25,963 nucleotides of DNA from NCBI GenBank assembly GCA_051382305.1, contig JBBCAV010000312.1, positions 1-25,963 on the forward strand, in the 5' to 3' direction. Positions within the stretch are counted from its first letter, which is position 1, and every line of letters starts with the position of its first letter. The position numbers and the translations under genes were made by a program. This stretch comes from Bdellovibrionota bacterium FG-2 (lineage in GTDB: Bacteria > Bdellovibrionota > UBA1018). This document shows positions 1 through 8,952 of the stretch, piece after piece. The notes under the pieces were generated by a model. It was given only the letters and a program-made list of their open reading frames with translations, was not told the origin of the DNA and ran no database searches.

Positions 1-834
1 ATTGATCGCCGAAACGATGCGACGGCAGGAAGTCGCCCAGGCCCCTACGGGGTCGCAGGCGCGGTTGCGAATACGCCAGGACAGCCACCAGCCGGAAATT
101 CCGCAACGAAATACGATACGAATCGTAAAAACGAAGTGACGAACTATGAGATCCCCCAGACTATTCGGAAAACCTCTAAAGCCTCGGGACAGGTAAAGAA
201 ATTGTCCGTCGCTGTGGTGGTCGATGGAAAACGAACAAAGACGGTGGGCAAGGACGGAAAAACGATCGAGAAGGTCGAAGCCTGGTCGGACGAGAAACGC
301 AAAGAATTTGAAGATGTCGTGGCAACCGCAGTGGGTCTAGATCGTAAGCGCGGCGATACGCTTGAAATTAAGAGTATGGAGTTTCAGACCGAGGACTTCG
401 ATGAAGCATCGAAGGTTATGGCGGAGAAGGATCGCAAAGTGTATGTTCAAAACATGGTTATGTATGGCGTGATCGGGCTAACCATTGCGTTGTTCTTCTT
501 CTTCGTTGTTCGTCCGTTTATCAAGTGGGTGACTGAAAACACCATTGATAGCGTCGACTCGTTCCTGCCGCAAACGATTGAGGAGTTGGAACGACTGCAA
601 AAGAATGCTTCGTTGCCTGGAATGGAAGATGCGGTTCCCGTTCTTCCTGAGCAGATGGACCCAGAAAAGGTCGAAGGGGAGATGATCAAAGAAAAGATTA
701 TTACTCTGGTCGATGCAAATCCCCATAAGGCAGCGCTCATTTTGCGAGACTGGTTGCATAATGACGGCAAAAAGAAGGCGGCCGAGGCTGCAGCCGCGGC
801 TGCGGCTTCTGGTGGCAAGGACAAGACAGCGTGA
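1..834 (+). CDS. fliF: Flagellar MS-ring protein FliF, C-terminal part (5' end outside the window)
   Basis: Frame 1 is open from base 1 (IDRRNDATAGSRPGPYGVAGAVAN...). It contains TNYEI...KKLSVAVVVDG, a second TM helix (GVIGLTIALFFFFVVRPFIKW) and the C-terminal FliG-binding motif NPHKAALILRDWL. It lies directly upstream of fliG. Confidence 0.95.
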   Translation: MDRRNDATAGSRPGPYGVAGAVANTPGQPPAGNSATKYDTNRKNEVTNYEIPQTIRKTSKASGQVKKLSVAVVVDGKRTKTVGKDGKTIEKVEAWSDEKRKEFEDVVATAVGLDRKRGDTLEIKSMEFQTEDFDEASKVMAEKDRKVYVQNMVMYGVIGLTIALFFFFVVRPFIKWVTENTIDSVDSFLPQTIEELERLQKNASLPGMEDAVPVLPEQMDPEKVEGEMIKEKIITLVDANPHKAALILRDWLHNDGKKKAAEAAAAAAASGGKDKTA

Positions 835-849
835 AAAGGGTGAACTAAG

Positions 850-1863
850 ATGGCCTATGATAATTTTGAAGAACTCAGTGGAATTGAAAAGTCTGCTCTT
901 TTGCTGAATATTCTGGGCAATGACGTGACGTCTCAGATTTTCAAAAAGATGAAAGATAATGACGTGAAGCGCCTGATGGGCACTATGGGGATGGTGACTA
1001 AGGTCCCCATTCCGGTCGTTAAGCAGGTGCTTGAGCAGTTTTATGGCGAAATTTCCGAGGAAGAGACTTTGATCTTTGGGCATGCGCAGGGAAGAGATTT
1101 TGTCATGCAGACTCTGGGTGAAGAGCGCGCCAAGACAGTCTTGGGGCAGCTCTCGGTCATCGAAGGAAGTCGTACCCTCGAAGCGCTCGAGCTCGTCGAC
1201 TCACGAACCTTGGCAAACTTCTTGGTCAACGAACATCCGCAGACTGTGGCGCTTATTTTGGCGCACTTGGAACCCAACAAAAAGTGCGAGGTACTCAAAC
1301 GGCTTCCGGAGACGATTCAGACCGAAGTGGTCCTCAGAATTGCAAACCTGGACTTTATTTCACCCAGTCTTATTGCACAGGTCGACGAGGTCCTCAAGCA
1401 AGAGCTTGCGACTTTGGGCTCGATCGACACGCAACAGCTTGGCGGGATTCAACCTATTGCCGACATGCTCAATGTTATGGACAAGTCCAGCGAGCAGAAC
1501 ATCATGGCTCGGGTCGAAGAGAAAGATCCACAGTTGGCCGAAGAAATTCGCAAGCTCATGTTCGTGTTCGAAGACATTATTTTTATCGACGATCGTGGTA
1601 TGCAGACCCTTCTCAAGGAAGTGGACAATTCGAAACTGGTTATCGCCCTCAAGACAGCGCCGGAGGAAATCAAAGAGAAGATTTTCCGCAATATCTCCAA
1701 ACGAGCGGGAGATTTATTGCGAGAGGATTTGGATTCACTGGGGCCTGTGAGATTGTCGGATGTCGAGACGGCACAGCAGGAGATTGTCAATACCGCAAAG
1801 CGGCTTGAGAGCGAGGGCAAGGTTATCGTGAGTCGTGGCGGCGAGGCTGACGCTCTTGTATAG
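850..1863 (+). CDS. fliG: Flagellar motor switch protein FliG
   Basis: EKSALLL N-terminus, EHPQTVALIL, GG linker, MFVFEDI motif, NISKRA...GPVRLSDVETAQQEI torque helix; 337 aa. Confidence 0.97.
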   Translation: MAYDNFEELSGIEKSALLLNILGNDVTSQIFKKMKDNDVKRLMGTMGMVTKVPIPVVKQVLEQFYGEISEEETLIFGHAQGRDFVMQTLGEERAKTVLGQLSVIEGSRTLEALELVDSRTLANFLVNEHPQTVALILAHLEPNKKCEVLKRLPETIQTEVVLRIANLDFISPSLIAQVDEVLKQELATLGSIDTQQLGGIQPIADMLNVMDKSSEQNIMARVEEKDPQLAEEIRKLMFVFEDIIFIDDRGMQTLLKEVDNSKLVIALKTAPEEIKEKIFRNISKRAGDLLREDLDSLGPVRLSDVETAQQEIVNTAKRLESEGKVIVSRGGEADALV

Positions 1864-1894
1864 TGCGCAGATGAAGCGAGGAGACGTTTAAGCG

Positions 1895-2752
1895 ATGGCG
1901 AAATTTACACAAAGCGATTTTAAAGTACAGCCGGAGTTTAAGGATCCGAGTGGGACTCGCGTTTTTAAGCCGGAAGTCATCAAAGCTCCTCAGGTGCAGG
2001 AATTCGAGTTTGGCAAATTGACTAAAAAGGGGGATGGAGAGTACTCAAGTGTTCGCGCGAAGTATGGACCCCTAGCGGCAACGGATCCAGAAAAGAAAGA
2101 CGGTGCGCAGCGCGAAAGGAGATTTAGTTTAAGCCCTCTTGCGAAGGCCCCGCTTGCGATTGATGAAGAAGAACGACGCGTGATTGATTCCCGCGTCAAG
2201 GAAGGTATTACGGCTCTCGAAAATGAGGCGAAAGAGCGCGGCCACCAAGATGGCTATCTTGCGGGTTTGGAGGAGGGAAAGGTAGAGGCCTTGTCTCAAT
2301 TTCGGCAAGAGGCGATTGAACGGCTTCTACGATTTGAGTCGTTTGTCGATGAAGCCGAGGCGGCAAAAGATAAGATCTATCAAGCCAATGAAAGATTCCT
2401 CATGGAACTTGTCTTTAGAATTGCTAAGATGGTTATTCTTCGTGAGCTTTCGACAGATAAAGAATACATTGGTAGACTCGCTCGCGAATTAATTGAGCGC
2501 ACTGGAATTCGAGAGAATATTTCGATTCGAGTACACCCTGATGATTTGAAAAACATTGTCGGTCTGAAAGAGGGGCTTGAAGCGAAGTTGGGGGCGCTCA
2601 AGAATCTGAATGTTGAAGGTTCTTCGCAGGTTCGCGAAGGTGGGTGTACGATTGAAACTGAGTGGAACGCGCTAGACGCCACGCTCGAAACCCAACTTGA
2701 GTCGCTTCGAACTTCATTGCTGGGTGATGCTTCACAGGGGGTTAAAGCGTGA
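1895..2752 (+). CDS. fliH: Flagellar export ATPase regulator FliH
   Basis: AxxxG(xxxG) repeats (AKERGHQDGYLAGLEEG), IRVHPDD and GGCTIETEW...LDATLETQL. Lies between fliG and fliI, with SD GAGGAG upstream. Confidence 0.92.
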   Translation: MAKFTQSDFKVQPEFKDPSGTRVFKPEVIKAPQVQEFEFGKLTKKGDGEYSSVRAKYGPLAATDPEKKDGAQRERRFSLSPLAKAPLAIDEEERRVIDSRVKEGITALENEAKERGHQDGYLAGLEEGKVEALSQFRQEAIERLLRFESFVDEAEAAKDKIYQANERFLMELVFRIAKMVILRELSTDKEYIGRLARELIERTGIRENISIRVHPDDLKNIVGLKEGLEAKLGALKNLNVEGSSQVREGGCTIETEWNALDATLETQLESLRTSLLGDASQGVKA

Positions 2753-4164
2753 GTGAACTCCTTGATCGCCGCATTTACGATAACCGACTCAGTCACGCTC
2801 TTATTTATCAATCATCTGGAAAAGTGACGAAGTCAATGGGGATGCTTTTTGAGGCCTATTTGCCGGGAGCTGGGTTGGGAAGTCTTTGTCGAATCGTCCG
2901 TTCTCATGACCGTTTGTCGCAAGATGGTGTCGATGCCGAAGTCATCGGATTTCGCGATCGCAAAGTGATGCTGATGCCCTTTGATGATCCCGGCGGGGTT
3001 AACAATGAAAGTCTCGTGGTACTTAAGAAAAAGGCTGCTTCTGTTTATGTCTCGTCTTCTCTGCTGGGACGGGTGATTGATGGAAAGGGTGAGCCCTTAG
3101 ACGGAAAAGGCCCATTGCGAGTCGAGGGAATCCCGGGTGAGGACAGAAGCATCTACGCTCAGCCCACTCATCCGTTAATGCGGGAGCGGATTCAGGCTCC
3201 TTTAGATTTGGGGATTCGCGCGATCAATGGGTTACTGACTTGTGGAAAAGGTCAACGCGTCGGGATCATGGCCGGATCTGGGGTAGGAAAATCGGTGCTT
3301 CTAGGGATGATGGCGCGAAATACGGCCGCTGACATCAATGTCATTGCGCTCATTGGAGAACGAGGTCGTGAGGTAAGAGAGTTCATTGAAAATGACTTGG
3401 GCGAAGAGGGTCTTAAACGCTCGGTCGTCGTGGTGTCGACTTCGGACAAGTCGCCCCTTTTGCGGATGAGAGGCGCTTTTCTCGCAACAACGATTGCCGA
3501 GTATTTTAGGGAGCAGACAAAGGATGTTTTGCTCTTGATGGATTCGGCGACGCGCTTTGCAATGGCCCAAAGAGAAATAGGGCTCTCGCTTGGCGAACCC
3601 CCCACTTCAAAGGGTTACACGCCGAGTGTCTTTGCAACTTTGCCGCGACTCCTTGAACGGGCGGGGATGGCGCCCACCAGGGGGAGCATTACGGGGCTCT
3701 ATACTGTATTGGTAGAGGGCGATGATATGGATGATCCAGTGGCCGATGCGATTCGCGCAATTCTGGATGGTCATATCGTTTTGTCTCGAAAAATTTCCCA
3801 AAAGAACCATTTTCCTGCCATTGATATCTTACAGAGTACGAGCCGAGTGATGCGGGCTGTGATTGAAAAGGATCATGGTTCTTGGGCGGGACGAATCCGC
3901 GAGTGGCTTGCCTCATACCAGCAGGCGGAAGATCTGATCAATGTGGGGGCTTATGCCAGAGGAAGTAATGCGAAGATCGACGAGTCGATTTTTGCGATTG
4001 ATCGCATTAACGCGTTCTTGCGGCAGGCGATCGAAGAGAAGTCAACCTTTGCAGAGACTTCGGCCGCCTTGCATTCGATTGTTCGATCGGTGGAGGCATT
4101 TTCGGAATCAGCTCATGCTGCACCTGCAGCTCCGTCTCGGCCTGGGCCTTCGGCAAGATTTTGA
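2749..4164 (+). CDS. fliI: Flagellum-specific export ATPase FliI
   Basis: Walker A AGSGVGKS, GERGREV, Walker B LLLMDS, GEPP..KGYTPS, DGHIVLSR. GTG start overlaps the fliH stop (GTGA). Confidence 0.97.
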   Translation: MSELLDRRIYDNRLSHALIYQSSGKVTKSMGMLFEAYLPGAGLGSLCRIVRSHDRLSQDGVDAEVIGFRDRKVMLMPFDDPGGVNNESLVVLKKKAASVYVSSSLLGRVIDGKGEPLDGKGPLRVEGIPGEDRSIYAQPTHPLMRERIQAPLDLGIRAINGLLTCGKGQRVGIMAGSGVGKSVLLGMMARNTAADINVIALIGERGREVREFIENDLGEEGLKRSVVVVSTSDKSPLLRMRGAFLATTIAEYFREQTKDVLLLMDSATRFAMAQREIGLSLGEPPTSKGYTPSVFATLPRLLERAGMAPTRGSITGLYTVLVEGDDMDDPVADAIRAILDGHIVLSRKISQKNHFPAIDILQSTSRVMRAVIEKDHGSWAGRIREWLASYQQAEDLINVGAYARGSNAKIDESIFAIDRINAFLRQAIEEKSTFAETSAALHSIVRSVEAFSESAHAAPAAPSRPGPSARF

Positions 4165-4271
4165 CCCTTGTTGGGTACCCTTTCTTGCCGCGGTACTAGG
4201 AAAAAGATTCAGTCTAGTTTGATCAGTCTTTTAAGTTCAGAATGGATTCTAGGAGTCAAGCGAAGCAAAAA

Positions 4272-4724
4272 ATGAAAAAATTCAGATTCACCTTCGATTC
4301 AATTTTGACCTTTAGAAAGACTTTAGAAGAGAGTTCTCTTCGAAAATTAGGTGAAGCCCAACGCGTTTTTCAGGCTCAACTTGCGCAGAAAAAGGAACTT
4401 GAAAATATTTTGAAGGACGCCCTCGAGAGACGGCAGAATCTCGGTATCGATCCTATCGGTGTCTTTGCTTTTCAGCTTGAACAAAATTTTATTGTTGGGA
4501 CGAAGCAACGAATTATTCAGGCAGAGGCCGCAATCGTTCGCGCTAATCGCGGAGTAGAAAAAGCTTTGCGGAGTTTTTTGATGGCGAGACGGGAAACGCG
4601 AAAATTAGAGCTTTTGTATGAAAAGCAATTTGTGCAGTTCAAGAAGGAACGCACGCGCCGCGAGCAAATGGATCAGGATGACCTGAGCGTGATGAGAAAT
4701 CATTTTAAAGAGGAACAGCTATGA
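4272..4724 (+). CDS. fliJ: Flagellar export protein FliJ
   Basis: About 150-aa coiled-coil protein after fliI, beginning MKKFRFTFDSIL and ending REQMDQDD. I chose the ATG at 4272 over 4242 because it matches the usual FliJ N-terminus. Confidence 0.88.
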   Translation: MKKFRFTFDSILTFRKTLEESSLRKLGEAQRVFQAQLAQKKELENILKDALERRQNLGIDPIGVFAFQLEQNFIVGTKQRIIQAEAAIVRANRGVEKALRSFLMARRETRKLELLYEKQFVQFKKERTRREQMDQDDLSVMRNHFKEEQL

Positions 4725-5650
4725 AATTATCCCGTTTCATTCTATTTGGCCTAGCAGTTGTAGGTTTTTTGCTTGAGGCCGATCTGGTCAACGTTTCGGC
4801 CGAGGAGGCGCCCCAGTCTGTGGACAAAGGGCAGGAAAAGTCTGCTGCAAAAGAGTCGGTAAAAATTGAGGTTGAGGACAAAGACAAAGAAAAGGCTCCG
4901 TCAAAGGCGAAGGAGGCCGACGTCGCCACTGTCGATAAGAGCGCAGATAATTCAGAGGCGAAAACGGAGAAAACGGAAACGAAAGTTGAGGGTGCTAAAG
5001 CGGGGGATGAAAAGAAGGGTGAGGGGAAAAAGGCTGAGTCGGCCCAACCTAATGAATCTCACGATTATGGCTATTGCCTTGCCCATCCGGCCGCGATTGA
5101 GGATCTCAAGAACGTAAAGCAGGCTTTGGATGCCAGACAAAAGGAACTTGCAACGCGAGATCTCGAATTGAAAAATCGGGAGCGCGCGATCGAGGAACAG
5201 TTTAAGAAACTTACTGAATTGCGAGATGAGGTTCAGAAGCTCGATGAAGCACGTCGGAAAGAACGCGAGGAGAAGGTTGCGAAACTTGTTGAAACCGTCG
5301 AAGGAATGGCGCCAAAAGCCTCTGCGGGGCTTTTAGCGAATGTGGACGAAAATCTGGCGGTCGACGCGATGGGAAAAATGTCGACGGCTAAGCTATCTAA
5401 AGTTTTAAGTGCGATGGAGCCCGCGCGGGCGACACGTTTAACGGAAGTTTTGACTGGAGTTGCCCGAGCCAAACCGAGTGCACTTGCTCGGGAAATTGCG
5501 TCGAATGGCGCAACAGCGGCAACCCCGAATAATTCGGGTCTTAATTTGAAAGGAGGTGACAAAAATGGTGGAATTAGTGAACAACAGCGTAGCGACAGTG
5601 GGCAAACAGGCCTCGTCGGAGGAAAAACCTCGGGCGACGAAAAAAGGTAA
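4721..5650 (+). CDS. MotE/YlxF/FlbB-like flagellar protein (signal or anchor helix, coiled coil, MgtE_N-like helical repeats)
   Basis: Hydrophobic N-terminus, low-complexity K/E linker, coiled coil, then KLVETVEGMAPKASAGLL...AVDAMGKMSTAKLSKVLSAMEPARATRLT. It occupies the usual position between fliJ and fliK. Confidence 0.8.
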   Translation: MKLSRFILFGLAVVGFLLEADLVNVSAEEAPQSVDKGQEKSAAKESVKIEVEDKDKEKAPSKAKEADVATVDKSADNSEAKTEKTETKVEGAKAGDEKKGEGKKAESAQPNESHDYGYCLAHPAAIEDLKNVKQALDARQKELATRDLELKNRERAIEEQFKKLTELRDEVQKLDEARRKEREEKVAKLVETVEGMAPKASAGLLANVDENLAVDAMGKMSTAKLSKVLSAMEPARATRLTEVLTGVARAKPSALAREIASNGATAATPNNSGLNLKGGDKNGGISEQQRSDSGQTGLVGGKTSGDEKR

Positions 5651-7331
5651 GGGTGCTCAGAAGGGGACTGCTGAAGCAAGTTTCAGTGATGAGCTTGCAT
5701 TAAGTGCAGCGGCCACTTCTGTGAAGAATGCTCCGACAGCGGAGCGGGCGCAGGCCAAGCAGGGGTTGAAAAGCCAGGGTGAGAAATCCGAGCTTTATTC
5801 CTCGAACTTGGATCGCCTGCCTTTGACTCAGAAACCTGCAGCAAGTCAGAATACTGTTTCCGCAATTGCTGGACTCAAGCCATGGAGTAAGGAGTGGGTA
5901 TTTGAACCTGGAGATGAAGCAAATCCAGATCTTAAGCCGCTTCTCTCGCCGAAGCAGGCGCCAAATCAGGCGCCAAATCAGGCAAATCAAAAAGGAGAAC
6001 GAGCTGAGAAGTCGGGTATCTCGTCTAAAACTCCGATTGTGGCAGCACCGGCGCAAGCTGGTGTGAGAGGTGATGTGGAAGGGCTTGCAGGAAAAAAAGC
6101 TGAGACAGAAGCGGCGAAAGACACGGTGAAAGACACGGCGAGGAAACAAGGCGGTGTCTCAAGCCTCAAGCAACATCAGGAGGGGGATTTAGCGGGTCTT
6201 GCAGCAGCTCTGGCAGCGGCCGAAGCCCCGCAAGGAACCGAGGCCCCGCAGGGACCTCGCACTCGATCGACTGAAAAGGGACCCCCAAAGGCCCCTGCTG
6301 GATCAGTCGAGACTTCAAGGAGTCCTTTGGCTTCTCAACTGCATGAGCTGAATGGAACGATGAAGGTTGTTGAGGGCGGTGGAGGTGTTGAAGCTCTTCC
6401 TTCTGATATTTCGAAGGCAGGGCCTTCGAGGTCGCGGAACACTCCGAAGGATTCTCAGGGCAACATGAGTCCTGTTCGATCCTCTGCCTCAGGGCTTTCT
6501 GGAGAGGAATTTGTTTCGACGCTTAACTCAGTCAAGAGTGGAAAAGGACCCAATTTGCTTTCGGGTGAATCGGAAAACTCCATTCGAGGTATTGATGAGC
6601 GAGTGAGTCGAAACGGGCCGGGGGTAAAACCTCAGCTTCAGGTTCTTCGTAATGATGGAGCGGAACTTGATTTGGGCCGAATGGGCCCACAGGCTGCCGC
6701 ACCGCTTGCGGTCTCCGGGCATAGACGAGTGGATGCAGGTGATGGTGTGCCGAGAGCAGAAGTCATGGGACATGTGACCCAAGGACCGATGACTCGGGAG
6801 CGGCTATCAACGGAATCGGTGATGGGACTTGCAGCTGGAATCAAAGGGATTGCTCCCGAAGGGGGAGGAGAGATTCGAGTCCGACTTAAACCTGAAAACT
6901 TGGGTGAACTTCATTTGAAGATTACGACGCGAGGGGATCAGGTTGGAATTCAGATCCTGGCTCCCAATGAGAGAACCAAACGAATCTTAGAGGAGAGTAT
7001 TTCCTCTCTGAAAGACAGTTTGGCCTCTCATAAGCTTAGTATTGGGAGTTTCGATATGAGCGTGGCGAAGCAAGTGTCTGGTCTAGGAAACGAGGGCAAT
7101 TCGGCGGGAATGAATTTCTACCGAGATGAACCGTCCCAGAATATGGCTCAGAACATGAGTCAGAATTTTCAGGGAGGATCCGGGAGTTCCGGTAGCTGGA
7201 AAGCTTACGATCAGATGACAGGTAATTCTGATCGCACACCGATGGGTGCAAGTGCACTCCGATCGGATGTGGGAATGAGTGAGCCCGCGCGTAGAAGTGC
7301 AGGTCTAGGTCAGATTGATGTAATGGCCTAA
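5565..7331 (+). CDS. fliK: Flagellar hook-length control protein FliK
   Basis: Long disordered A/P/S/G/K-rich region followed by the FliK C-terminal domain (IRVRLKPENLGELHLKI...ILEESISSLKDSL) and terminal IDVMA. A strong SD AGGAGG at 5551-5556 supports the ATG at 5565. Confidence 0.92.
   Translation: MVELVNNSVATVGKQASSEEKPRATKKGKGAQKGTAEASFSDELALSAAATSVKNAPTAERAQAKQGLKSQGEKSELYSSNLDRLPLTQKPAASQNTVSAIAGLKPWSKEWVFEPGDEANPDLKPLLSPKQAPNQAPNQANQKGERAEKSGISSKTPIVAAPAQAGVRGDVEGLAGKKAETEAAKDTVKDTARKQGGVSSLKQHQEGDLAGLAAALAAAEAPQGTEAPQGPRTRSTEKGPPKAPAGSVETSRSPLASQLHELNGTMKVVEGGGGVEALPSDISKAGPSRSRNTPKDSQGNMSPVRSSASGLSGEEFVSTLNSVKSGKGPNLLSGESENSIRGIDERVSRNGPGVKPQLQVLRNDGAELDLGRMGPQAAAPLAVSGHRRVDAGDGVPRAEVMGHVTQGPMTRERLSTESVMGLAAGIKGIAPEGGGEIRVRLKPENLGELHLKITTRGDQVGIQILAPNERTKRILEESISSLKDSLASHKLSIGSFDMSVAKQVSGLGNEGNSAGMNFYRDEPSQNMAQNMSQNFQGGSGSSGSWKAYDQMTGNSDRTPMGASALRSDVGMSEPARRSAGLGQIDVMA
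5955..5987 (+). repeat. In-frame 12-bp tandem repeat in fliK (CAGGCGCCAAAT x2 plus degenerate CAGGCAAAT; QAPN-QAPN-QAN)
   Basis: Read directly from the sequence. Confidence 0.85.
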
Positions 7332-7357
7332 AGTAGGGTGTGAGTTATTACGGCGTA

Positions 7358-7404
7358 AAGGGGGGGGCAAGTGCGGCTCCCCCTCTTAAGAACTGAAAGA
7401 GGGG
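7358..7404 (+). promoter_or_regulatory. Alternative stem-loops over the flgD ribosome-binding site
   Basis: CCCCTCTT (7380-7387) is a perfect complement of AAGAGGGG (7397-7404, containing the SD). It can alternatively pair with AAGGGGGGGG (7358-7367). Confidence 0.45.
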
Positions 7405-7414
7405 ATAAGAAGAA

Positions 7415-8500
7415 ATGGCGATTGGCACGGGCGGCGTTGCAAGAGGTGCGATGAATTCACAGTCGATGGGGGTTGCTCCCACGATGGGTGGCACGATCGC
7501 CGGTGCGGCGGGGGGCGTTGCTGAAGCTGATCGTACTGCAACGGATCCAAAATTTGGCGATATTTTGGGTAAAATTCAAAACCAAATGGGAGCGAAACCG
7601 CAGAAGCCTCGAGAAATCAAAAAGACCTTAGGTAAAGATGATTTTATGCGGATTATGGTGACCCAGATGAAACACCAAGATCCTACTGCACCGTTTAAAG
7701 CGGAGCAAATGGCTGCTCAAATGGCTCAGTTTGCTTCAGTGGAACAGTTACAAAATATCAATAACGGTTTAACCAAGATGCAGTCTCAGAATCAGCCGCT
7801 TGAGCGTCTTGCGATGACGAACATGATTGGAAAAACGGTGACGGTCGATCGTGATCGATTCGCTCATACCGAAGGACAGACAGATTCCTTGTCTTTCACT
7901 CTTCCCCGGGAGGCGAAAGAGCTCAAATTGGTTGTGGTGAGTGAAGGCGGCGAGGTGATTCTAGAAAAAGATCTGGGGTCCCATAAAGCGGGCGAGGGAA
8001 GTTTTGGTTGGGACGGGTTGAAAGCTAATACGATTCCGGCAAAAACAGGTAACTACATTCTTCGAATTGAAGCAAAGGATGAAAAAGGGAGTTCGATTGC
8101 GACAAATGGTCAGCGTCGCTCCAGAGTGATTGGCGTCAGTTTTGAGGGGTCAGAACCTGTATTTTTGGTAGGCGATAATAAGCAGCAAGATAAAGTATTG
8201 TTGAAACATGTGGTGCGAATTGAAAGCGAAGGGGCCACGCTCTCAAGCGCGCCAAATCCGGGAGCTCCGGGCTTGCCGGAAAATCCGGGAGCGAATATTA
8301 TTTCTTTTCAAAGGGGAGTAGGATCGGCTCCTTTGGAGAGTGGCACTTCAAGCCCTGAAGCCTCAAGCGCGATGGCTGCGCCAGAGCGCGGGAGAGTCGC
8401 TCAAGGGGTTCAAAAAAATAGTGACAATGAAATGGGTTTTCCAAATGGACTTCGAGAAGTCGAAGAAGTAGCTGTAGTAAAAGGGGGTGATACGAAATGA
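7415..8500 (+). CDS. flgD: Flagellar hook capping protein FlgD
   Basis: LGKDDFMRIMVTQMKHQDPTAP...AQMAQFASVEQLQNIN motif and Ig-like domain (FGWDG...GNYILRIEA), with low-complexity N- and C-terminal extensions. Confidence 0.95.
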   Translation: MAIGTGGVARGAMNSQSMGVAPTMGGTIAGAAGGVAEADRTATDPKFGDILGKIQNQMGAKPQKPREIKKTLGKDDFMRIMVTQMKHQDPTAPFKAEQMAAQMAQFASVEQLQNINNGLTKMQSQNQPLERLAMTNMIGKTVTVDRDRFAHTEGQTDSLSFTLPREAKELKLVVVSEGGEVILEKDLGSHKAGEGSFGWDGLKANTIPAKTGNYILRIEAKDEKGSSIATNGQRRSRVIGVSFEGSEPVFLVGDNKQQDKVLLKHVVRIESEGATLSSAPNPGAPGLPENPGANIISFQRGVGSAPLESGTSSPEASSAMAAPERGRVAQGVQKNSDNEMGFPNGLREVEEVAVVKGGDTK

Positions 8501-8934
8501 GTAATGGATCGTTCCTTTATCCGAACGTAACTTCGTTGCCTGGGCAGTCAGGAATCAAAGGTCCTGATTCGCAGGAACCGAAGAAGAAGCCAGGAGAAAA
8601 GGGAGAATTTGATCACGTTTTTGAGAAAACGTTGGGAAAGATAGAGGGTGCTTCTAAGCCTGATTTAGGACAGGTTCGGGACCCGCTTAAGTTTTCAGCG
8701 CATGCCACTCAAAGACTCCGCGACCGAAAGATCACATTGGATGCGGCCTTAATGGAGAAGGTCAATGAGGCGATAGATAAAGCTGAAGCCAAAGGTGTCG
8801 AAGACACCCTGATTTTAACTAAAGATGCCGCGCTCATCGTCAGTGTGAAGAATCGGACTGTGGTAACCGCGATGGATCGGAACGCATTGTCAGGCAATGT
8901 GTTTACGAACATTGATGGGGCAGTAATTATTTAA
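8497..8934 (+). CDS. TIGR02530-family (Flagellar_put) flagellar operon protein of unknown function
   Basis: Signature LKFSAHATQRLRDRKI...DKAEAKG...LIVSVKNRTVVTAMD...NVFTNIDGAVII. It lies between flgD and flgE, with an ATGA overlap with flgD. Confidence 0.9.
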   Translation: MSNGSFLYPNVTSLPGQSGIKGPDSQEPKKKPGEKGEFDHVFEKTLGKIEGASKPDLGQVRDPLKFSAHATQRLRDRKITLDAALMEKVNEAIDKAEAKGVEDTLILTKDAALIVSVKNRTVVTAMDRNALSGNVFTNIDGAVII

Positions 8935-8952
8935 GGCAGTAAGTGGTGGGGA

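Noticed and set aside
1076-1808. Long alternative-frame ORFs (224 aa, 174 aa) within fliG, and similar shadow ORFs across the window
   Set aside because: They overlap well-conserved genes and have Ser/Arg-rich off-frame composition with no recognisable motifs.
4172-4189. Sigma54-like motif TGGGTACCCTTTCTTGCC upstream of fliJ
   Set aside because: GG-to-GC spacing is 11 nt, not the strictly required 10.
4201-4233. AAAAAGATT...AGTCTTTTT inverted repeat between fliI and fliJ as a terminator
   Set aside because: The stem is AU-rich and weak with a large loop and no GC-rich core.
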